Assembly: GCA_002633005.1 (NCBI GenBank) | Contig: NMRA01000218.1 | Location: 533,909-597,908, forward strand | DNA: 64,000 bases | Direction of reading: 5' to 3' | From: Phoronis australis | Lineage: Eukaryota; Animalia; Phoronida | Part shown: positions 1-12,500 of the stretch, piece after piece | Position numbering within the stretch: position 1 is the stretch's first letter | Layout of the letters: each line of letters starts with the position of its first letter | Made by a program: the position numbers and the translations under genes | Notes under the pieces: generated by a model | What the model saw: only the letters and a program-made list of their open reading frames with translations | Database searches by the model: none | Told to the model about the DNA's origin: nothing

Positions 1-255
1 TAGTTGAGTAACTTAAAGCCCTGACGTACTACTCAGCCAGCTAGCCTTTAACAGTTGCTGTTTGAAATTTGGTACAAAACAAGGAAATTGTGTATTACAA
101 ATTACATTATTATCTTTAGTTAGTTGAGCATGACATTGATTATTATCACAGGGGATAACGGGGATAACGTGGATGACGATGAACATTTTTAATTCGTGTT
201 AGAAAGTTGTCCAAGTATTCACGTTTTTTCTTTATGATGAATCATTTTTTAATAG

Positions 256-3200
256 GTGACCTGCTCGGCTATCAAGGGCACAGGCAAAAAAATTGACCAA
301 GCTATTAAGAATGGTATGCACTGGTTGCTGTACACTGTAGAACAGAACTTCGATAAGTACCACGACCGTGTGGAGGCTGATAAGGCGGAGCTTAAGGAAA
401 TTCAGGCTCGGGAGCGTATGGAGAAACGAGAGCGAGTGAGAAAAATAAGAGAGGAAAGGTAAAATGCAACAATACTTATCTTGTTTGTTTTTAGTTTGCG
501 TATACTCATGTCTGGCATCCTTACAGTTTTTGGGCATCAAGTTGGTGTTGAACAATATACTTTATTGCTTGAAATGTTAACACAGATAGCGTCTGTTGCC
601 TGTGAGCCATCTTGCTTCGTGAATCACGCATTCGCAAGTTTTTTTGCCTCATGAACACGTAAAACAGTTAAAAAACTGAGTATTTATGATAATGTTTAAG
701 AATTTGTCAATGGAAAATGGACAATATTGGCAATTTATTGTCCAAAATAGTGTACACACCATGTTGAATTTTTGGGGTTGTTCCAAACATTTTTACACAC
801 CATAGGAAGTGAAATTAGTTGCTTTTCAAACCTTTTTATTACCTCATCAGCCTTTTAATAAGTACTTTTTTAAAATCTCAGAAAAAATATGAGGGAATTT
901 TTAGCAGAAATTTGATTGCGTGCTGTGAACAAACTTCCAAGAACAATGAAAAGGCACTCGCACATTGTAGCAGACATGAGACATTACATGTGACTGTGAT
1001 CCGTCTTATGTCTCATTAGTAGTTGCAAAGGGTATTCTGTCATTGTCATCACCTGTCTGGCGTCTTTGTTAAACAGGATGAATAGTTCTTGATTGACTCT
1101 AATTTTATGTTTGTATTCTGGTTTTATACATCATGACATGCGAGAAGAGTTCTGCCTTCATGCAGCGATACTGCTTCCTTAGATCATTTTACAAATCAAA
1201 TACGTCTTAAACTGAATTACCGCATCACCTGACGCATAACATTAATTAACATAATATTAAAAATGCAGTCTCGTTAAATTGTGATTATGCGAATGAAGTA
1301 TTAATTTACAAACAACCCCGGGTCCTCCAGTGTGCCGGAAACCATCCGAGAACCAGTTACCTTTGCGACCTCGCGAAAGTCTTGTTTTGAGAGACTATTT
1401 TATGTAAATGAGTACGGTAATATTTCATTGTTACCCTAATGAAACAAGGTGCAGTTTTCATTATTTGTTTATATTTCACAGCCAAATAACGACTGCGTAA
1501 TTTTGGAATTACTCGCGTTTTTATGTGTTAGAAGCAGCATATTTAAGGTGGAGAAATTACATATCCTCTCAATGCATGGTTGTCTATGTTGCAGAGAACG
1601 TCAGGAGGAATTGGAGCGTCAAAAAAGTAACAAAGAGGAGGCCAAACCAAACAGTGATGATGAGGATGTTATGGATGGCGGTGACCCATTTAAAAAGGTG
1701 GACATTCAAGAATTGAAGGCAAAGGTATTGACTGGTGTAACAATTACTGTAACTAAACAGTTTTTACCTATGTATGTGTCTAGTCATTGTATTTCAATAC
1801 AAGGAGACCTCGTCAGTACGAACGCTGTTTTCTAGGAGGACTGTTGCGTGCACACTCAATTTCACACTAGACTACTTTGCAGTAGAGTTTTGTACTGTAT
1901 GAGGCACCACAGGTGAGTTCTGTGTAGTAATCTACAGTAGAGTAGAAGAGTAAAGTACAATGCAGTTCAATAAAGTAGTGCTGTATAGTGTAGTTCAGTA
2001 CAGCAGGGCCTTGTAGTGCATTTCAGTGCAGTGCAGTACAGTCCAGTACAGCAAAGTGCAATATAATTATGTATAGCGCAGTACAACTCCTACAAGAGTG
2101 GCCTACACAGGCACTCTGCAAATCTAGATAACAAAGGTGTTCACCCACAATCATGTTGTTGAAAAGTGATATTAGTTATGTGCAACTTAGATGCAGTGGA
2201 TTCTGGGTTGCTGGGACAAGAGTGATGCAACCCCCTCTGGTGTTGTTAAGAACTAGCAGTAATACTTGTTTAGATGCAGAACTGATCTGACATGTATTTA
2301 CTTTAATTTCTTAACTCTTGAATTAACAGATGGTTTTAGTAATGAGGCAGTCTTAGCAAAGCCGTTATCAACTCATGTTTCGTCAAAAACAACTTTGATT
2401 TAGTCAAACACCACTTCAGTTGTGGTATTCAAGAAAGTGGTTACTGGTCTTAGCTTGTCCCTTTTGTAACTTGGAGGAATTTCTGGTCTCGGATTTGACC
2501 TGATAGTTGGCTATTGTCTGAAACCAAACTCAGTGTGTTATCCTTACAGAACGGGTCATTTTATGTACCGATATTATTCTCAAACAATAAGGTATAGCCA
2601 ATTCTTTCCATTTCTAATCAGCAGGGAACACGTTGGAGAGCTAGTTTATAGTGGCAAGTGGTATCAGTTGCAACTTGTGTTTGTTTCTTTGATTGAACTC
2701 TGGTTTATGGCAGCTTGAAGTACTTAGCAAATAATTATTCTTCACTTAACTTAACTTTAAGTGTAATCAGTTGACTGATATATTTGGTTAATGTTTTTCA
2801 TCAAATTTAGGTAACAAGAATTGGCTTTCACTTAATGATGGAAAGTCTCTTAAAATACATTACCAATAGTCATTTAAAGGGGCCTTGGATTTTGAGAACC
2901 AGTTTGGTATATGTTATTTAATGAAGATAACCAGTTCTCATAATGAGGAACACCTACCAACACTCCTTTCCATCCATGGTGTGTTTGATACAAACTCTCT
3001 TGAATTTACCTTTTTTCGTGTCCACCACGGGCACCATCGCTGGTTATGAGAAGTCGGGAAATTCATGTGCCTGTGGTTTGATATTCATCGCATTTTACCT
3101 GCATGCTTTATTGTAGGAAGCCAAAGCTAAGGAAGAGAAGGCAAAAAGAAAGGCATTAATGGCTGCTAAAGCGAAGGAGGAGGAAAATGAAAGCAAGACA

Positions 3201-5105
3201 CGTGACAGTCCTGCAGACAATGATACAGAAAACGTACTTGAAAACGCGAATATGAACAATAATGCTCGCCCAAGCGGGGGTCTACGTAGGCAGAGGTCTA
3301 ACTTGTCCGAGGAGGACGACGAAAATGAAGTGATCTCATCCAAAGCTAGTCGACCTAAGGCGGACTCGCCTCGCCCTCTAGACGGAATGGCTCTCCAACC
3401 GGCCCCCCTGTCAAGGCGACTGGCCCCTCTCCAACCTATCACTCAGCTGGAGCCTCTGGATGTTGTAGGTGAGTGTACTTATGAGTCAAGTTATGACATT
3501 TGCTACAAAGTGCTGTTAGCTGAATACCATTCATACATGTGTATGCTCTGCGACCCTGGCGTTTTAACTGAGTTCCGCATTTAATTTTTGTGATTGTTTA
3601 GCTATTCCTGAGTCTCATGTTATGAACTGGACGTAGTTTAACCTCATTTGGTTGTTAAAACATGGTAAGATCTCCCGTCTGCGTATTTTAGATGACTTGT
3701 CATTAACGCAGTCGTAAATAATGCGTTCCTGCCAAGCATGCAAGTTTCAGGAAGGATAATAAAGACAGCTGATCATCCTTATTAACTGTTCAGCAGCCTT
3801 CGATATAAGGGTCAAATTAATCACAATCTGAACTTAAGCTGTGATGCGGCGGTTGTCCATGGTGTCTGAGTGATAACATAGTTTTTATGGCAGTTGACTC
3901 AACGTGTTTTCTCGCTACGTCTGTCAATTGGGAGCAAAATTGATAAAGTTCACCAGGAGATAATAAGTGAAACGATAATACGGTACCATTTCATTTTCAG
4001 GAGACGGGATGAAGAAGAAAAAGAAGAAGAAGAAAGTGAAGCGCAACAAAACAGTACCAATGCTAGAGGATGACGAAACCGGAGAGGTGACCCTTTCAAA
4101 GAAGGCCCTCCCACCGCTCAAGTCGTCGCCTCCAGCCCAGAGAAATCTACTGTCACGCACAGCGTCCAGAAAGCCGGAGTTGGAGAGTGTGGAAGATGAA
4201 GGTACGTCTGTAGTGGGACTGTTAGCTTCTAGACCTGTGTCGGCCAAATTTTACTCGAAACTTTACTCAAAGTTTTCGTCCATTTTTGAAAATTACCTTA
4301 TATGCTTGTAGTCATTTTAAAGCTAAAATGTGAAACTGTATATACATAGGAAAAAATGTGCAATTGCATGTAAATCATTTTTGAATAAGAAATGTTTTGT
4401 GTGCTTTTTATTGCATGTAAGACTAGTAAAATAGTGTCTGTTACAAATTTTGGCTTCAACCCTGATGAGGAACTCAGTACCCGGTTGCATGAAACTAAGG
4501 TCCCTAAATCTACTGCGTATCTGCGGGCTTGTGAAAACACTGATTGTCCTATCTTATGCTGTTTGAGTATCATTACTATGCCAATTTTTGGCTTTTATAC
4601 AAATCGGGAGTGAAATCTTGATTGAATTCTAAATTTCATTGAAAATAAGTAGGGATCTTTTCATGCAATGCCCCTAATTTAAAGACTAAGTCCCTAACTG
4701 TTTTGATTGAATTAAGGGCTCAGTTTTTAGTTATATTGTTAGGAAATGTCATTAGTCAAAGAAAAGCTCATAATAAAAATAGAATTATAGAAAAAATATT
4801 GCATCTGTGCCTAAAGAACAAAACAAATATGAAAAAGATTTAGGGACCTTAGTTGAGTCCCTGTTTGGGACTGTTTCATGCAACCGGGCACAGTAGACTA
4901 GTGTTTGCAACTGGATAACCTATGTCTGACACTGTAAAAGAGCTTACAATACAACTGTTCATGCAGTCAAAGCAAAGTAGACATGAATGGGATTTCTCTT
5001 GCAGCCAACATTGGTCAGAAATGGAATTTGGCGGAAGATCTCGAAGACATGCCGGCCCGGCCTTCGCGCCCTAATATGGATAGTGATGATGACATCATGA
5101 CATAG
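256..5105 (+). CDS. ARL13B: ADP-ribosylation factor-like protein 13B (ciliary GTPase), 3' part; 5' exons lie before the window
   Basis: Exons 256-458, 1595-1724, 3117-3468, 4001-4201, 5005-5105 (TAG), all GT-AG with matching phases 2/0/1/1. VTCSAIKGTGKKIDQAIKNGMHWLL...ERVRKIREER matches the ARL13B end-of-G-domain and coiled-coil region as I recall it ([23 protein letters not shown]...ERVRKLREER). It is followed by a poly-Lys tract and a Pro-rich tail. Confidence 0.93.
1930..2085. repeat. degenerate pentamer microsatellite (CAGTA/TAGTA/CAGTG)
   Basis: Runs such as gtagagtagaagagtaaagtac and cagtgcagtgcagtacagtccagtacagc in an ARL13B intron. Confidence 0.6.
4478..4890. mobile_element. PIF/Harbinger-like MITE, 413 bp
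   Basis: TIRs TACCCGGTTGCATGAAAC / GTTTCATGCAACCGGGCA, flanked by a 3-bp CAG duplication (4475-77, 4891-93). A diverged second copy lies at about 11080-11456. Confidence 0.75.
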
Positions 5106-7440
5106 TTACTTTGCACAAGCTTCTAATGGTTTGAAGGGGTTAGATGGAGGTGTTCATACATATCATTAACAACGCCAGTCTTTCAAGTACCAGACTCTGT
5201 TTCGTGAGACAACCTGTGATGCATCCTGAGTGTTGCAGTGGATAATCGGTGCGACATTTCATTCTGAATGAAGCAAGAGATTTAGTTTCTACCCTTGCAC
5301 AGTAGCCAGAACAAAGCCTGAATTTTGATATGTATATGTATATGTATATGTATGTATGGATTTCAAGGTTTTTTGGTACAGCTAGTTAACATTTCTTCCT
5401 AGATTCACATTTCTGGACATGCGGAGCTAATTTCTAATTCTACGATCAATTTCTTTAACATGCTTGTTGGTGCTTACTTTATTAAAAATGTGCTCCGTCC
5501 ACGATGTAGGGGCTGCTTGCTTTTTGACAGTCCGTGATCATTTGTACAAATTATTTGATATTGTTAAGTACATTTTTTCTTAAGTAGTGAAAGCAACTGA
5601 TATCGGTCATTTGTTGCGCAGGATGAAAGTAGATATACTTAAATCGCAATCTCATATGTCAAGAAACGAAGATGTTTGCATTTACTGGACCAACCCCAGC
5701 CCCAGCTCAACCCTAACCCTAGCTTTTAGATGTAAATGACCTGGGCTGCTTCTCGTAGATGCAACAAATTGGCAAAACATAAGATCGTGTAAGTTTTCAA
5801 CATTTTGCCGCGCATAACTAGCCAAGTACGTGATCTTAATAACTTTTCTCGGGAGAATCCTCTGTCTATGGAAAGCACCCCTGTTCCAGCGTTTTCGATG
5901 TTATGTAAGACCAGTGACATGCTCACTAGAACATTTTCCTGACGATGGGGCTGTTCAGGTGCTTTGTGTGGCTTTTTTATGCAGTAAGTGAAAGAAATAT
6001 CCAAACTATAGATGCTAATGATGTGTGTGGTGTCTTCTAGTCACCCACCTCTCTATGTTACTATTGTCATCAATTTCCTGCCAAGAGGTGGCGTTACATA
6101 TACTATAAATCATCTGTTGCAGTCGACATCTTGAGTTGATTAGAAACACCTAGTTTCACAGTACCTGGTATGTTGTCAATTGATGTTTACAAGAACCATT
6201 GCAGACAACCCATGGCATTCTCATGAGTGCTGATCTAAGCTCGTTTTTCCGTGATTAGCAGAACAGTTATCGCATCTGCAATTACTGAAGCATGGTAAAT
6301 AATTCGACTGTGCATCTGTCAATGTGATGCTGCACAAATATTGCTGGGAATTCTTAACAATATACTAAGAATATCCGCTACATTTCAAAGCTGCTCATCA
6401 GAGTTGAAATTAAAGAGGGGGTGTTTCTCATGTTTCTTATGTTAAAAGTGCTCCAATGTCTCCTTCATGTGTCGGCAAAATGCGATAATAAATTGTGTGT
6501 CACTAGTGCTTACGAGGTTACTGGCTGTGACAGAGAAGCTGACTCTTGTTGCTGCTGCCCTCTGTTGGAGGTTAGGTCATGCCTGTTACTCTTGTTTTCA
6601 AGAGAGAGAATAATGCAGGATACTCATGATTTGTATGCAAGAGTACTTTGTGTACTACCTAATCTCAACCCCATTTAGCATTTTGCTGGAACATGCAATT
6701 TTGGCTTAAGTTTCTGACCTTTGCAAATATTAGAAACCAAGGTTCTCAATGAGAAATGGGTGTGTTCTCATGGTTCAACCAAATCATTAACATGTTACCA
6801 TGTTTTCTTCATATGTAAATTTTCCCATTTTTACATTCTGTCATGCTTCCAAATAGTTATGTGGTGATACACAGCATGTGTTCTGTGAAAAATTCTTAGT
6901 GCATTTTTATCAAACACTTTAAAACATTGTTTTATTTTCTCAGTCTTTGTTATTTGTTTCGTAACATTTAGCAATGTGATGGCATTATACATATTGTTAA
7001 GCTTGATTTTGCCATGCAGGCAGTCTGATGTTAAGCTTCCCGTTTCTGTGGGTGTAGAGCCAGTTAAGAAGTTTATATTATGTTTCGATTCATGTGCTCA
7101 TCTGACTATCATATCACTATATCAAACCAGTGGACACAAGCTCAAAAGCGCCATACTTACAGAAGAGAAGGGTCGAGGTTCAGCGCATAAGCAATATCAC
7201 AATCATACTTAACTTGCTCTGTAATTGACTTTGTGTATTCTGCTGGCTGAAAATGATGTTCATTTTGGCAAAAAGCAATTGCTCCGTCCATCTAAGCAGA
7301 GCACAGCTGTAATAAAAATTTCACTCAGAAATTTTTACTTTATGAATCAATTAGTTGTGCAATTTCATTTGAAATTTTATTGTGGTGAAATGTTTGATGC
7401 ATGTTTGTTGATGACATGGGGGCCTTATGAATAATAAATT
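5106..7440 (+). other. probable 3' UTR of ARL13B
   Basis: T-rich non-coding stretch after the stop, with AATAAA at about 7311 and about 7433. The end point is inferred. Confidence 0.45.
5328..5358. repeat. (TATATG/TATG)n microsatellite
   Basis: atatgtatatgtatatgtatatgtatgtatg read directly. Confidence 0.85.
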
Positions 7441-8369
7441 GTATATTGTTGTATATTCTTCCATGTTTTAATTTTTCAAAATAGAAGACTGTCTTACTAT
7501 TACCGTTTTTAACAACACAAAAGTTAAGGATTGACATAATTGCATCTTATTTTTTGATTTTTTATTTGATAGCCTTTAATTGGCCATGAACATACCACTG
7601 ACATGGTTTAATTTTGTGTCACATTTTCACTATTTTGATGGAAATGTGGGTTGTCGTTTCAGTTTAAGTGGTACAAAAAATGGTATGGGAAATGATTTTT
7701 ACTTTACCTACTATTTTGTTCTCGGGGATTACTCTGCTCACATGGGTGTACATGGGTCTAGACCCCTTTTTTCACTTGATTTTAGTGAAACGAAATCTAG
7801 AATTTTCAAATTGTTGACTTGGGCTCCCTTTTTGAAAAAAAATCGTTGATCCGACCCCCTCCTAAAAATCTTGCTGGAATAGACCTGTCATAGGTCTTAA
7901 AGATGCTAAAAAGTCTACTGTCATTCAACAGGTATAGACGTGGGGCACAATTTTGGTTCTTGGTATTAAACATTTGGCCAGATATAAGGCCTATATAGGC
8001 CAGATATAAATGAAACCCAGACTTGGGAAGCCCAGCTGCACCTCCCAGTAACTGCTCGTTGGGGTCACTGGGTCATAAATCACTGTTTTCTTCTTTATTC
8101 CTGAGAAAGAAATACTGTGAACTGATTTGACCTCATTTTTATTAAAAGAAAAAAGTATTTTATAGAAATCCAACCCTTTAAATTTGCAGCGTTTTGCTTT
8201 AGCTTGTAGCTTATAGTGGTGTGAAAAATGAAACCCCATTCTGGGGCAGGTTTTGTGTACGCACAATAGAGGTCACTTTAAGCATTCCGCGACAAGCCGA
8301 GTTTTAACAGTCACTTTCAAACCCGTCTGTGTTTACTTATAATCCCAGCTCGCTAGGACCTCACAGCGA

Positions 8370-8603
8370 TTGGATAATGATTTCAACAAAGTCGCAGTTC
8401 AACTAAAGCCTATTTTGCTAATGTAAATAGTCATTATTGTGAAAACAAATAGTTACTATTTGTTTATCACTCAACCTCGCTTTCAGAGCGGAGCGCTTTT
8501 GAACATGAATCTCGGTCAGCTGTCAAGAGCTCAGGCAAGTGTGTTATTGTTAAATTTGTAGGCGGTAGATTCGAAATCGTAGAAGCTTTTTCTCGCTCGA
8601 CGG
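8370..8603 (+). promoter_or_regulatory. candidate promoter and non-coding first exon of the CAP-Gly gene
   Basis: Locally CpG-richer segment, ATTGG (CCAAT box) at about 8369, and a strong donor CGG|gtaagt at 8603/8604. No transcript evidence. Confidence 0.35.
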
Positions 8604-9153
8604 GTAAGTTGGATGAGTTACCGGTTGGTTGTGATAACTCACTCATTGGCAGCAATATACTAAGCTTAGTTGTTGGTCACCGTCGATATGCCAGCCAAGG
8701 CAAAGTCGTGTAGCCTAATTATTTTTGCCTACCAGAGCAGATAACTTTTGACGGAACTGTAGGCTGAAAACTAGACACCCCAATAAATTCAGATTTAAGT
8801 GTCACTAAACGCAGTGCTGTCCATTTTGATGTTCTTTGATCCTTTACATATGCTAGAATTCGTCAGCTGACAGCCACTTATGACTGTTCTTAGTGTTCTT
8901 GCTTGCTCCTTTTTAATTTAACCCAAGCGGCATGACGGCAACTTTTCATTTGTACGGGATAGGTAATTTCTGCTTATTTAGAAAATGATATGCAATGTTG
9001 ACAATGTACTTAGTATTTACTTCCAAGTTCACTAATAATTGTTTCCAAACATATGAAGTCATATTTAAATTACGAGGTATTGATTTGGTTACTTGTGACC
9101 TGTCGACTGAGGTTGGGCACTGCTGACCTCAGGTTTGGCAACATGGTAAAAAT

Positions 9154-9220
9154 TAGGCAATGACCATCGCCTCTGTTGGCCCGAAGCATTCGGGCCAACA
9201 GAGGCGATGGTCATTGCCTA
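9154..9220. mobile_element. 67-bp perfect palindromic mini-element with 9-bp target-site duplication
   Basis: 9154-9185 is the exact reverse complement of 9189-9220 (loop GCA). GGTAAAAAT flanks both sides (9145-53, 9221-29). Confidence 0.85.
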
Positions 9221-9475
9221 GGTAAAAATTTGAGGTTGCTATGAAGTCAGCAGTACATTGGAGGATGCATTCAGGATGTGAGCCTGTGTGTGTGATTTGG
9301 GCCCCGAGTGGGAGTACTTCTGGAAATTTACCATGAATCAGCATGCAAAACGCTCCTCGCTGATTTTTTTCTGGGGTGATCTTAGGTGCTTCGATAAACT
9401 GGTGCTTGATTCGTCACTAGCTTTTCAATGCAGGTATCTTGATGTTTATTTTCAACTCTTGCTAACAATGTTTCC

Positions 9476-9529
9476 ATGGTGACTTCAGTTTCGTTTCCCC
9501 ACCTGAGAATTTTCCCAAGGTCGCATTTG
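9476..9529 (+). CDS. tentative first coding exon of CAP-Gly gene (MVTSVSFPHLRIFPRSHL)
   Basis: ATG preceded by an in-frame TGA (9440). Donor TTG|gtgagt is phase 0, matching exon 13523. Two short upstream ATG ORFs weaken the call. Confidence 0.4.
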
Positions 9530-12500
9530 GTGAGTGGACGTTATATTACCGGGAATTTCCGTAGATAAGCCCATGGGCTTATATTCGGAAAATGAAAATT
9601 TTCAGGCGTTTTAGCAACACCAAATAAATGCTCGGGCGTTTATTCGGAAAAGGGGGCGTGTCAACAGAAAGTCATAGTTTTGCTTGACTTAACACTCTTT
9701 TCCTAAACCTGCGTTTTTAATACTTTTTCTTAACAAATGCATAGTTCGTCAACATCTTGTTCTTTTTATAAATGATAAATGCTCCACAAAACTGAATTTG
9801 TGACAAAAAGTTGACGCTGAGTGGGCATTTAAAAGGAAAATTTCCAAATAAATGTCCCACTGTCTGGACAATTGAAACCAGAAGTTGTAACACCAAATAA
9901 ACACCCATGGGCGTGTATTTAGCACAATTTTCGGAATAAATGCCCGTTGGCATTTCATTGGGTGGGCTTATCTACGGAAAACCCCGGTAAGCGTCGAGCT
10001 TTGCATATTGATTATTTTAATTATAAATCAAAAATCAGCCAGGTGCCTGTGCCTAAGTCATCCTCTGGCAAGGATGATGTATTGCCTATAGATCATATAA
10101 CTTTGTCTTCTGAGGTGCATTCAATAGACCTTCTGACAATTGACCATCTAAGTTTTGTCTGCCGACTAGACAGTGAGGCATGACACGCAGTCTCTTACTT
10201 GGCAAGACATCAACATGGGCAATGCGTTACCTGTCCCATAATTGCCTTCTTTCAAGTTGATGAGATAAACACTCAGCTATTAATTAGATTGTGATCTGTA
10301 GCCATCAATCGTAGTCATGGTCACCACGCTATAATTTGCGAAACGCTAAAGTCGTGTTGTCTGGCTTCTAAATGATTTACCTTCCAGCATAACAAGTGAA
10401 ATAAAATGATAAATTTTCCGTTGATCATGATGTTGGCTGTGCTCAGTAGCCTTGCTTACAGGGCTGACGTGCAAGTGTTCGGACTGTAGCTTACACCAAG
10501 TCACATGTACACTTCCCAATCACCTTTGGCTTTAGACTGGTGCTGAAGGTGTTGGAAGGATTCAGATATACCCTACATTTGTGAGGGTGTGTTTGAACGC
10601 TGCGTGGGCACGTCAACTCTGCCATGTTCAAAGGAAGGCAAAATAAGGATAATGCTGTTTATTAAGCTAAAAACCAACTGAATTCCGTAGAAAACAAGTT
10701 TCCTTAATTACACAACTCAATTTTTTGTTACCAGTAGTAAAAGTAAATCAAAACTTTTGACTCAAACTACCGACTGTAAAACAGGATGTCCCAAGGTAAC
10801 TGTTGTATTACCTAAACAATGATTTACGAGTATTTGAACTTATGTACTTATATTTCATGTAGCGCAAATTAGTTCAGTAGCCAACGTCTCAAACTTCAAA
10901 CTTGGACAAATCTGACTAGCAGTGGTGAGTCTTTCTGTTGGATCAATCGCTCAACTCCAGTTGGTTCATGGTACTATAGTAAATTAGAAGACAGAAATGA
11001 AGGGTTCCGCCCTAAAATGTTGTGGCATTGCACATGGGACTTTAAAGCTTCTGGACTTATAATGGATTAATGAGAGCTCTGCCCAGCTGCATGAACCGGT
11101 TCCTAATAGGGAGTCGGCTAAGTTTTTTACTGTGTGTTTGTGAACTTGTGAAAATGTATTGATTGCACTTGCTTATGCCAGTTTTTGGCTTTGATACAAA
11201 TCAAGAGTGAACTCTATGTTGAATTCTCATTATTGAAAATAAATAGGGATCTTTTCATGCATTCCCCAATTTAAAGAATGAGTCCCTATTCATTTTCACT
11301 GAACTCTGGGCTCAGTTTTTAATTATATTATTAGAAAATGTCAGTCAAAAAAGAGCTCATAATAAAGATGAAATGATAGAAAAAGATTACATTTGTGAGT
11401 AAATAAAGATACAAATACGCCAATATTTAGGGAACATAGTCGAGTCCCTATTTGGCAAATCCGTGTTGCTGAAAGAAGAATATTGAGTACAGGTCACGCT
11501 CAGGTGGATACATACGACCCACTGGGGGGGTCAACCAGTTGGGCGAGTTAATTTTAGTTTGATGTTAATTGTTATGTAGTGGGGATGCCGTACTAGTAGG
11601 CATTCCGATGGTCATCTTGTGATGGAGCTGTGTGGTAAAACGATTTACTTGTAGATTGGCAAAATAAAGTTTACTAAAAAGGAGTAAACGTTACGAATGG
11701 AAAAACCTGTGAATAATAGGTCGGATATAAGCACTTTGCCAAAACTGTAATTATCTCCCTTTCATATTTTGCCCTATATAGGTTATTTGACCAAAAAAGT
11801 TGTCACATTGACAGAAAGTGTGGCTGTCAATGGACGATTTTTAACATGTGGCCATTAAGTAAATTGTGGTAATCATCGATGTTATAAAAGTTGATATGTG
11901 CTTTTGTACACACTCTCTCTTGAATAATCATCCAATCTTGTCTTTTGCAGCGTTTTTCTAGATGTCTGTCCAAATAGATGTGATATTCCGTTGGGCTAGA
12001 ACTATTCCTACAAGAGTGGGTGTTATTTATTTACGAGCGCCGTTCCTGAAGGTAACGTTACTGTGAACTAATCAGGTTGTTTGGCTTCTATGCTCATTTC
12101 TGTTAATTTTGTACACTGCTGGTAAATTTAAATTGACTTCTTGACCACGTTTTGATTATTAATATGGTTTGATACCAATTGTTATTATAAGCTTTGGGAC
12201 TTATGAAATGGCACAGCCTGCATAGATGTACATTGTGTACATACCAGGATTTTCCGTAGATAAGCCCACCCGATGAAATGCCTATGGGTGTTTATTCGGA
12301 AAATTATGCGGAATACCCGCCCATGGGCGTTTATTTGGTGTTACGACTTGTGGTGTCAAGTGTCTAGACAGTGGGACGTTTATTTGGAAACTTTCCTCTT
12401 AAAAGTCCACTCAGCGTCAACTTTTTGTCACAAATTCAGTTTTGTGGAGCATTTATCATTTATAAAAACGAACAAGGTGTTGGCGAACTTTGCATTTATT

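Noticed and set aside
5690-5722. telomere-like CCCTAA repeats
   Set aside because: Only about two units, too short to call an interstitial telomere.
11460-11680. possible LINE 3' end truncating the second Harbinger-like MITE
   Set aside because: Only a small hairpin and an AATAAA support it, with no coding remnant or TSD.
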